DNA from: a virus
Direction: 5' to 3' (one strand)
IMG/VR virus record: IMGVR_UViG_3300037059_000105
Coordinates: 1 to 8,067 of that record
DNA length: 8,067 nucleotides
The stretch's first letter is position 1. Every line of letters begins with the position of its first letter. Shown piece after piece: positions 1 through 7,531 of this stretch. The notes beneath the pieces were generated by a model. That model saw nothing but the letters and a program-made list of their open reading frames with translations, made no database searches and was not told the DNA's origin. The position numbers were made by a program, and so were the translations under genes.

Positions 1-64
<64 letters not shown>

Positions 65-70
65 AATTAG

Positions 71-108
71 GCAAAAAGCCCAATCACTCCGGTGGTTGGG
101 CTTTTTGC
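71..108. terminator. Intrinsic terminator after the first tRNA copy, bidirectional in form
   Basis: A perfect 13-bp stem pairs gcaaaaagcccaa (71-83) with ttgggctttttgc (96-108) around a 12-nt loop. The A-tract on the 5' side and T-tract (102-106) on the 3' side of the GC core fit the classic rho-independent architecture. Confidence 0.8.
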
Positions 109-152
109 CTTCTGGCCGCCAGCCCCCGTTTTGCCGCACTGCAAAATAATTC

Positions 153-181
153 TTGACTCGGGTGGAGTGGTCCTCTATTAT
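153..181 (+). promoter_or_regulatory. sigma70-type promoter for the second tRNA-fMet gene
   Basis: -35 TTGACT (153-158), a 17-nt spacer and -10 TATTAT (176-181). An A/T-rich UP-like stretch gcaaaataattc lies upstream (141-152). A GC-rich discriminator GGCG follows the -10, as in stable-RNA promoters. The mature tRNA 5' end lies 14 nt downstream. Confidence 0.7.
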
Positions 182-194
182 GGCGTTTCTCTGA

Positions 195-1820
<1,626 letters not shown>

Positions 1821-2032
1821 GGGATTCAGAGGATGGAATGATTCGGCCTTCTGCCAGCGCGTTCGCCACAATGCGTTCGGCCAGCAGCTGGATCAACTCG
1901 TCGCGGGCGGCAAGGCGCTCGGATTCGCGCATGTGATTCGGCAACATTATTTGCAGGATAGTCCAGTTGTTGGAGGGCCAAAAGCGGCCCGGTTTTAGTC
2001 GGAATGTATTACTCGAAACACCGTTTTTGGCG

Positions 2033-2076
2033 CTGGTCTGCGGGGAAAATTTGGTAACTTTTTGCCCGCAGACCAG
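2033..2076. repeat. Perfect inverted repeat CTGGTCTGCGGG-N20-CCCGCAGACCAG
   Basis: The arms at 2033-2044 and 2065-2076 are exact reverse complements. The 20-nt spacer gaaaatttggtaactttttg is AT-rich and can extend the stem (aaaa/tttt). The repeat sits 9 nt past the stop of the last operon gene and has no canonical U-tract in either direction. Confidence 0.75.
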
Positions 2077-2085
2077 GTGACAAGA

Positions 2086-2343
2086 TCAGTCAGCGCCCTT
2101 CTTGCTGACAATCGGCTGGGCCAGTTTTCCGGTGATACGGATGGGCCACATGGGTTCGTAGTCGGGGTTGATCGTGGTCATGATCCAGAAGGCCATGCCG
2201 AAGATCGCTTCAGATACCGGCATCAACCAACTCAGAGACCAGTGACGCGGATCAAGGCAAGGCCCTTCGGTGTTGATGTCGCCGATATAGACAGGGCACA
2301 GGCCGAACCAGCCCTTGTGCGTGAATGTGATGGGGGGCGTCAT
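2086..2343 (-). CDS. Small hypothetical protein, 85 aa, with one probable transmembrane segment
   Basis: ATG 2343 is preceded by GGAGGA with a 6-nt spacer and forms an ATGA overlap with the upstream gene. The hydrophobic stretch is WLMPVSEAIFGMAFWIMTTI. I do not recognise the family. Confidence 0.6.
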   Translation of the reverse strand: MTPPITFTHKGWFGLCPVYIGDINTEGPCLDPRHWSLSWLMPVSEAIFGMAFWIMTTINPDYEPMWPIRITGKLAQPIVSKKGAD

Positions 2344-2358
2344 GCGTTTTCCTCCAGC
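2338..2358. repeat. 21-nt junction repeat, copy A (cgtcatGcgttttcctccagc)
   Basis: It matches 2865-2885 at 20 of 21 positions. It spans the ATGA stop/start overlap plus the GGAGGA ribosome-binding site. Confidence 0.8.
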
Positions 2359-2870
2359 GGCTTCATGAATACGATCCAGTGGGTCAGGCCTTTCCTGCCA
2401 GTGGGGTGACCAAACAGGGGCCGCACGGGAGTCAGCTCGAGCACATCCCGAATCCGCACTTGATCCTCGGCCCACTTGAACACCAACACGCCGTCGCTGG
2501 CCAGCACGCGGAAGCACTCGGAAAACCCCTTGCGCAAGTCCTCGCGCCAGTCTTCTCCCAGCACCCCGTACTTGGCCCGCAGCCAGCTTTTCGGGCCGGC
2601 GTAGCGTAGATGCGGAGGGTCGAAAGCAACCAGCTTGAAGGCCCCGTCTGGATACGGCAGGGCCGTGAAGTCCATTAGCACGTCGGGCTCGATGCGCAGC
2701 GTCCGACCATCACACAGCGTGTGCTTCTCGCTACGGCAATCACCGAATACCGCGTCGGGGTTTTCCCGGTTGAACCACATCATTCGGCTTCCGCAGCACG
2801 GGTCCAGAATCCTGGCGGGCTTTTCATCCACCTGTTCGTTATGGACGATGGCGATGGGGTGCGTCGTCAT
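2340..2870 (-). CDS. Small SAM-dependent DNA amino-methyltransferase (N6-adenine or N4-cytosine type), 176 aa
   Basis: It has the SAM-binding motif I-like ILDPCCGS followed by the catalytic motif IV DPPH (2610-2621). The family is typical of small phage methyltransferases. GGAGGA lies 6 nt upstream of ATG 2870, and both gene ends form ATGA overlaps. Confidence 0.8.
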   Translation of the reverse strand: MTTHPIAIVHNEQVDEKPARILDPCCGSRMMWFNRENPDAVFGDCRSEKHTLCDGRTLRIEPDVLMDFTALPYPDGAFKLVAFDPPHLRYAGPKSWLRAKYGVLGEDWREDLRKGFSECFRVLASDGVLVFKWAEDQVRIRDVLELTPVRPLFGHPTGRKGLTHWIVFMKPLEENA

Positions 2871-2885
2871 ACGTTTTCCTCCAGC
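2865..2885. repeat. 21-nt junction repeat, copy B (cgtcatAcgttttcctccagc)
   Basis: It matches 2338-2358 at 20 of 21 positions. Looser similarity extends to 2851-2887 versus 2327-2360, with one codon indel. Confidence 0.8.
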
Positions 2886-3088
2886 ATTTCGCCTTGATGG
2901 TTGATCCACAGGCGGCACAGGCCGCCGGCGCGGATGGGGAACTGGTTCTCTTTGCACCAGGGCGGGATTTCCGCCACGGGGATGCTGTTGAGCAGTTCGC
3001 GGCGGCCGTCCTTGAAGTGGCGGCACGTCTTGCAGCGGGGCGTGTTGCCGTCGTATTCGACGGATTTGCGCTTGGTTTTCTGGTTCAT
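2867..3088 (-). CDS. Cys4 mini-protein, 73 aa, with a HiPIP-like cysteine pattern (putative Fe-S or metal binding)
   Basis: The pattern is C19-x2-C22 (RCKTCRHF) ... C44-x12-C57 (CKENQFPIRAGGLCRLW). The start is set at ATG 3088, 4 nt after the upstream stop. The track start 3109 would overlap the upstream gene and has no RBS. The SD is weak (GAG). Confidence 0.55.
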   Translation of the reverse strand: MNQKTKRKSVEYDGNTPRCKTCRHFKDGRRELLNSIPVAEIPPWCKENQFPIRAGGLCRLWINHQGEMLEENV

Positions 3089-3092
3089 GGCT

Positions 3093-4052
3093 TTACTCAC
3101 ACAGTCCATATTCAGAGGCGCATTCAGTGGAATTGTTTAGGTCCGTCAGCAGGCTGAATTGACGCCCGCCACGGCTTGTCCTGGCCCACTGAATGACGCT
3201 CTCGATCTTGTTGGCCTCGCACACGTGGCGGTCAGCATGGGACTCGTGCAGTCCCTTGTTGAAGAACGTCGAGAAGCCGCGCTTGCAGGCCTGGCCGACA
3301 AGCATCTCCCACCGGGACTTCTCTTCCAGGAGCTCAGGGAACCTGGCTTCGATCTGAGTTATCTCGGCCTTTCCGCAGTTGATGCAGGGCATGCAACCGA
3401 CGCGGCTCATTCCCTGCCGATAAAGTGGGTTCGGCTGGATTCCGCGCCTGGCGTGCTTTGCAAAAACGTCGTCAGCAGTCCAATCGACCAGCGGACGAAA
3501 CGCCCACATGCCGGGGTTCAGCCGCTCGATTTTTTTGGCATTGCGCCGGTTCTGGGACTCATCCCGGCGGACGCCCTGCCACGACAGCACCTGATGGCCG
3601 GCGTCAATCTGCTCAAGCTGAAACCCGACTGCCATGTTTCGCTTTAACTCCTCGGTGCAGAACTGAGCCTTACGGGACGGGAAGCGGCCCTTCCACAGGC
3701 AGAGATCAAGGAAGGGGTTTCCTGTCGGGTGCAGTACAGCCAGAGCGCGGCGCTTTGCCTTGTTGGTCCAGCGCAGCCGGCGTCCCCGCTTGTCGCGTCC
3801 AGTGCGCTGATCGGTAGCGATGAACCGGCGCTTGCTCGCGATCTCGTGCGAGAAGTCGGCCTTCAGCCGCGTGATGCTGATATCGAGGGCCTGTTCGAGG
3901 TAGGACAGGTACTCATAGACGGCCGGGTGTTCGTTGCCGGTGTCGCAGAAGATCGGCAGCAGGTGCTCTCGCGGGCAGTTCTCCAGGGCGATCAGCAGCA
4001 ACGCGGTGGAGTCCTTTCCTCCGGAGACGCTGATTACGTGTTTGATGGTCAT
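3093..4052 (-). CDS. PAPS-reductase-family PP-loop ATP pyrophosphatase-like protein, 319 aa
   Basis: The PP-loop SGGKDS lies at 4008-4025, close to the N-terminus. Other motifs are CTEELK, QGVRRDES, PLVDWT and NPLY. A cysteine cluster GCMPCINC sits at 3375-3395. AAGGTGG lies upstream of ATG 4052, which forms an ATGA overlap with the upstream gene. Confidence 0.9.
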   Translation of the reverse strand: MTIKHVISVSGGKDSTALLLIALENCPREHLLPIFCDTGNEHPAVYEYLSYLEQALDISITRLKADFSHEIASKRRFIATDQRTGRDKRGRRLRWTNKAKRRALAVLHPTGNPFLDLCLWKGRFPSRKAQFCTEELKRNMAVGFQLEQIDAGHQVLSWQGVRRDESQNRRNAKKIERLNPGMWAFRPLVDWTADDVFAKHARRGIQPNPLYRQGMSRVGCMPCINCGKAEITQIEARFPELLEEKSRWEMLVGQACKRGFSTFFNKGLHESHADRHVCEANKIESVIQWARTSRGGRQFSLLTDLNNSTECASEYGLCE

Positions 4053-4663
4053 GCCGCCACCTTTTTGAACTCGACAACCCACACCCACGGGTTGGCATCC
4101 CACGAGCCGGCGCCATTGATGGACTCCCACAGTTCGCGGTATGCCTCGGCTGCTGTTGGTTGAAGAGTGCACTTCCCGTCGTCTGGAAGATGCGTATATC
4201 CGTAGCACAGAGGCCACCCATCATCTGGACGAAAGATGTAGCGCTTGATTCCCTCTGCCAGTGCATCCGCCTCGCTGATGTCGTGCAGGCGTTCAACACG
4301 GACAGAGACGACTTCCAGTGAGATACGGCTTGCCCAGCGCGGCATGTGTATTGATGGGCGCCAGCGGTGTCCGTCGTAGGTGTGGCCAGGGTCAGCCCGA
4401 TAGTCAACGCGCCGGCATGACTCTGAATAGTCGGGGTGGTATCCCCACGTCTCACGTACCCAAAGCCGGTCCCCGGGCTGTCCGAAGCGGTTCAGCCGCA
4501 TGATCCGGCCGTCTGCCATCGCCTCTTCATCAATCTCCATGCTGTTGGTTTCACGATTCAGCCGAAGCGGGAGCGGCTTCACGATTCGCCGGGTCTGCGT
4601 CTTCTTCCCGTCAAGGATTGCCCGGACCATCGGTGCGCTGAAAAGGATGGGGCGTTCTTTCAT
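4049..4663 (-). CDS. ASCH-like (PUA-fold) phage protein, 204 aa
   Basis: The N-terminus MKERPILFSAPMVRAILDGKKTQTRR, then GDRLWVRETW, PSIHMPRWASRI, VRVERLHDISEADALAEG and NPWVWVVEF match my recollection of the widespread phage ASCH-domain family. GGGAGG lies 6 nt upstream of ATG 4663, and both gene ends form ATGA overlaps. Confidence 0.75.
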   Translation of the reverse strand: MKERPILFSAPMVRAILDGKKTQTRRIVKPLPLRLNRETNSMEIDEEAMADGRIMRLNRFGQPGDRLWVRETWGYHPDYSESCRRVDYRADPGHTYDGHRWRPSIHMPRWASRISLEVVSVRVERLHDISEADALAEGIKRYIFRPDDGWPLCYGYTHLPDDGKCTLQPTAAEAYRELWESINGAGSWDANPWVWVVEFKKVAA

Positions 4664-6465
4664 GCCACACCTCCCTGCGCCACGCTGATCGCCACGGCCA
4701 CCGGCTGCACCCAGATGGGCATGGCCGACAGGACGAAGGTTTCGCCGCTCCAAGTGAGCAGCAGGGTGGTGCCCATGACGTGGCCGATTCCTTCGGCGGC
4801 ATCCGGGGGCACGGCGTTGCCGATGCGTTCGCGCCAGTCGCTGTCCGACAGGCCTTCTAGCTCGAGGTATTCCTCGGGCTCTACCAGGCTTTGCAGGGCA
4901 GCAAGCTCAAGCGTGGTAAAGGGCCGGTGCCAGGTGCCGTCCTCGGCGACGATGATGCAGGTGCACTTCTCGTTGGCTGCAGGGATGCGGTGATCGGCGA
5001 CTGACCAAGGGCCGTTGTCGTGGCAGGCGGACGCGGAGACGGCGCCGCTTGAGCCTGCCCATGGCACTACGCCGTAGTGGCCGCCGGTAAGGTAGTGGTC
5101 GCCCTTCTCGCGGGCCATGCCGGGCCGGGGGTCAGCCACGGCGAAGGCGCCCTGTCCGGTGGTGCTGCCGCTGATCACAGTGCCGGCGGCGCCGTCGTAA
5201 GCGGTGACCATGTACTTGCCGAAGCTCGGGCCAGCCCGGCGAGGATCTGCTACGCATTGCCCCGTGCCGTGGGCGCTCGTGACGGCCATGGCTGCTTGAT
5301 CGATCCGGATGACGCGGAACTCATTGTTGTGCTTTGCGGGGCCGCCGTGGCGCGGGTCGGCCACGCTGTACTTGCCGCCGCCCGGCGCCGACTGGGCGGA
5401 CACGGCGCCCATGGGCTCGTCCATCTTCAGCACGCCGTATTGGCTGTATTCCGCGCCCTGGTAGCGCGGATCGGCAATCGAGAAGGAACCATTGGAGGGC
5501 GTCGATCTTCCGGCGACGGTGCCGGTGCTTTCGTCCCAGCGATTTACGCCCAGGTATCCGCCCCGGTACTCGGGCACGATGAGGTAATCGCGCAGTTGGC
5601 CGTCTTCGACGTGCAGGCGGTTGAGGCTGCGCCAGTCCTTACCGGCTTCGACAAATGCGAGGCGTACCCAGGTCTTCCACTGCAGCGCCGGCACGCGGTG
5701 CATCGGGCCGCCGGCAGGGTCGCCCGGCAGGGGCATGCGGTCGAGCACGGTGCCCACGGCCTGCAGGCGCTTCTGTTCGGGCTCGTAGAGGAAGGCGGGC
5801 ACCTTTTCCATGTGGCGGGCGACCATCAGGAAACGCTTGCGGCTCTGCGCCAGGCGGCCGATCTTTCCGCAATCGTGAGTGGTTTCGGCCACGGCGTAGC
5901 CGTACTGGCGGAGCAGGCTGACGATCTGGTCGAGTAGGTGCCGGCCGCGGGTCTGGATGCGGGGCACGTTCTCAAAGACGATCAGCTCGGGCGGCTCGGC
6001 CTGGAAGGCCTCGAGCATCAGCCAGATGCCGCGCAGCGTGAGGCGGTTGAGGGCCTGGTATTTGTCGGTGCGGCTCTTGTTCTCGGCCAGCAGTCCGGAG
6101 AAGCCCTTGCAGGGCGCCGACAGAAACACGATGTGGGGATACTCGCCGCCAGCAGCTGCGCGGATTTCCATCGTTCCGGCCTCGCGCCAAGAGGCGGGCG
6201 GCTCAACACCGTGGAAGGCCTTGAACTGGCTGCGGTCGAACAGATCGAGCACGGTGCCGCGGGTGCCGGTAAGGCGCTCGAAGTCACGGATGGCCGGCGC
6301 GTCGACGTCGATGCCACCGATGCAGCGGAACTTGCCGACCATGTTGCCCACGCGGGGCTGGGCCTTGTTGAAGCCCTTGGCGCCGCCGCCGAGTCCGCAG
6401 AAGAGGTGAAAGTGGCGGATTTCGCGGACGTCGTCGGGCGCCAGGGTGAAGTTATCGCGCTTCAT
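4660..6465 (-). CDS. DNA (cytosine-5) methyltransferase, 601 aa, with an expanded variable region
   Basis: The canonical motifs appear in canonical order. They are I FCGLGGG (6382-6402), IV PCKGFS (6097-6114), VI ENV (5965-5973), VIII QSRKRF, IX RPFTTLELAALQS and X GNAVPP (4804-4821). The start is taken at ATG 6465, which forms an ATGA overlap with the upstream gene, rather than at 6477. Confidence 0.93.
   Translation of the reverse strand: MKRDNFTLAPDDVREIRHFHLFCGLGGGAKGFNKAQPRVGNMVGKFRCIGGIDVDAPAIRDFERLTGTRGTVLDLFDRSQFKAFHGVEPPASWREAGTMEIRAAAGGEYPHIVFLSAPCKGFSGLLAENKSRTDKYQALNRLTLRGIWLMLEAFQAEPPELIVFENVPRIQTRGRHLLDQIVSLLRQYGYAVAETTHDCGKIGRLAQSRKRFLMVARHMEKVPAFLYEPEQKRLQAVGTVLDRMPLPGDPAGGPMHRVPALQWKTWVRLAFVEAGKDWRSLNRLHVEDGQLRDYLIVPEYRGGYLGVNRWDESTGTVAGRSTPSNGSFSIADPRYQGAEYSQYGVLKMDEPMGAVSAQSAPGGGKYSVADPRHGGPAKHNNEFRVIRIDQAAMAVTSAHGTGQCVADPRRAGPSFGKYMVTAYDGAAGTVISGSTTGQGAFAVADPRPGMAREKGDHYLTGGHYGVVPWAGSSGAVSASACHDNGPWSVADHRIPAANEKCTCIIVAEDGTWHRPFTTLELAALQSLVEPEEYLELEGLSDSDWRERIGNAVPPDAAEGIGHVMGTTLLLTWSGETFVLSAMPIWVQPVAVAISVAQGGVA
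4987..5559 (-). repeat. Five tandem degenerate ~32-aa coding repeats inside the C5 methyltransferase variable region
   Basis: R1 is 5464-5559 (GYLGVNRWDESTGTVAGRSTPSNGSFSIADPR) and R2 is 5350-5445 (SQYGVLKMDEPMGAVSAQSAPGGGKYSVADPR). R3 is 5239-5325 (NEFRVIRIDQAAMAVTSAHGTGQCVADPR) and R4 is 5125-5220 (GKYMVTAYDGAAGTVISGSTTGQGAFAVADPR). R5 is 4987-5082 (GHYGVVPWAGSSGAVSASACHDNGPWSVADHR). The repeat is clear at protein level and diverged at DNA level. Confidence 0.85.
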
Positions 6466-6806
6466 GCCACACCCCACTTCATCGGGCGCCGGGGGCTGTC
6501 CTGGCCGTGGCTGACGACTTCACCCAGGGCGGCGTAGGCCTTGAGCACGCGGATGCAGCAGGTGCTCGACAGGGCGGTGGCCTCGGCCACTTCATTGGTT
6601 GTCACGATGCGCTTGGCGCCGCGGACGAACTTGAGGATAGCGGCGGCAGCGCGGGTGCTGGTGGTGCGGTGGTGCGCGTTGATGTCGTCTTCGACGTCGG
6701 CATCGCGGGCCTTGGCGGTGTCGATCGCCCAGGCGGCGGCAGCAATGTCGGCATCGTCGCCGGTGAAGCGGCGGGCGCCGATGTTTTCGAGGTGAACGGT
6801 GATCAT
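6462..6806 (-). CDS. Small hypothetical protein, 114 aa, with a possible C-terminal winged-helix/HTH
   Basis: ATG 6806 has GGAG 8 nt upstream and lies 2 nt after the upstream stop. The segment RIVTTNEVAEATALSSTCCIRVLKAYAALGEV resembles a MarR-like recognition region. The stop overlaps the C5 methyltransferase start (ATGA). Confidence 0.6.
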   Translation of the reverse strand: MITVHLENIGARRFTGDDADIAAAAWAIDTAKARDADVEDDINAHHRTTSTRAAAAILKFVRGAKRIVTTNEVAEATALSSTCCIRVLKAYAALGEVVSHGQDSPRRPMKWGVA

Positions 6807-6808
6807 GT

Positions 6809-7033
6809 TCAGTGCTCCAGCAGTTTGAGGTGGGCGGCGTAGCCGCACACTTGGAGGTGGTAGTCGAGCAGGGCGAGGGCGTCGTGGAACTCGATGCGGG
6901 TGAGGTTTCCCCGGGCGATGTCGGCCAGCCACTTCTTGTGGCGGCCGCACTTCACCGATGCGGTTTCGAGGACGATTCCCTGGCTGCGGATGTTCAGCGC
7001 CACGCGCTGGAAATCGATGTGGATGGCGGGCAT
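6809..7033 (-). CDS. Small hypothetical protein, 74 aa, possibly an XRE-like HTH
   Basis: ATG 7033 has GAGG 8 nt upstream. The segment LNIRSQGIVLETASVKCGRHKKWLADIARGNLTRIEFHDALALLD loosely fits the XRE helix-turn-helix pattern. This is pattern recognition only. Confidence 0.5.
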   Translation of the reverse strand: MPAIHIDFQRVALNIRSQGIVLETASVKCGRHKKWLADIARGNLTRIEFHDALALLDYHLQVCGYAAHLKLLEH

Positions 7034-7043
7034 GGGTAAGGCC

Positions 7044-7517
7044 TCAATACGGGATTTCGCCTTCGGCGATGCCGCCCGGCTCGGCCGTGGGGGCGGTGAG
7101 CTGATCGAGGGCGTTCTCGCAGGCTTCCTCCGCGGTGTCGCCTCGGCCTTGGGCGAGGATCTTTCTGTCGGGGTCCTGTTCGCGGGCGTTGCTGCAGATC
7201 CACGCCATCCAGCCCGTGGTGCGGGTGTAGGCCAGTTCGAAGTAGGTGTAGGGGTTGGATTCGAGCAGCAGGGCGTGCATAGCGATGAGGGCGTCGATCG
7301 CGATGTCTTCGCGGGGCGACGGGTTCAGGGCTTCGCCCAGTTCGATCGCGTGGCGCAGATCGACGGTGGATTCCTGCAGCTCGACGAGGATATCGGCGGC
7401 CGTTTTGATCAATGGGGCGTCGCCGGCGGCGAGGGCTTGGTGGTTGTCGCCAAGCATGTTGTTCAGGGATTCGCTCGCCTCCAGCAGGCGGGCGGTGAGT
7501 TCAATAAGGGTTTTCAT
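7044..7517 (-). CDS. Acidic hypothetical protein, 157 aa
   Basis: ATG 7517 has GGAG 7 nt upstream and lies 14 nt after the HD gene stop. The sequence from MKTLIELTARLLE onward looks like a real protein. The Arg/Pro-rich upstream extension in the track ORF overlaps the HD gene in another frame. Confidence 0.65.
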   Translation of the reverse strand: MKTLIELTARLLEASESLNNMLGDNHQALAAGDAPLIKTAADILVELQESTVDLRHAIELGEALNPSPREDIAIDALIAMHALLLESNPYTYFELAYTRTTGWMAWICSNAREQDPDRKILAQGRGDTAEEACENALDQLTAPTAEPGGIAEGEIPY

Positions 7518-7531
7518 GGCGGGGCTCCGGG

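Noticed and set aside
1821-1871. Track start codon at 1871 for the recombinase (MWRTRWQKAESFHPLNP extension)
   Set aside because: The resolvase catalytic domain begins right at MKNAVIYARFS (ATG 1820). The 17-codon extension has poor coding character and overlaps the better-biased small ORF frame.
1975-1997. Small hairpin gggcc-aaaagc-ggccc followed by ggtttta (plus strand)
   Set aside because: It has only a 5-bp stem and a 4-T run, and no plus-strand gene lies upstream for it to terminate. It is too weak to call.
2344-3026. N-terminal extensions of track ORFs 2086..2517 and 2340..3026
   Set aside because: The extensions are Arg/Pro/Gly-rich and overlap the preceding genes out of frame. The internal ATGs at 2343 and 2870 have strong GGAGGA sites and ATGA coupling.
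4053-4753. N-terminal extensions of track ORFs 3093..4217 and 4049..4753, and ORF 3913..4455
   Set aside because: These are off-frame overlaps with well-supported neighbouring genes. The internal starts at 4052 and 4663 begin recognisable domains and have RBSs.
6466-6477. Upstream ATG 6477 (MGCG...) as the C5 methyltransferase start
   Set aside because: ATG 6465 forms the ATGA overlap with the upstream stop, as at four other junctions, and has the SD-like GGGGTG at suitable spacing. The difference is only 4 codons, so uncertainty remains.
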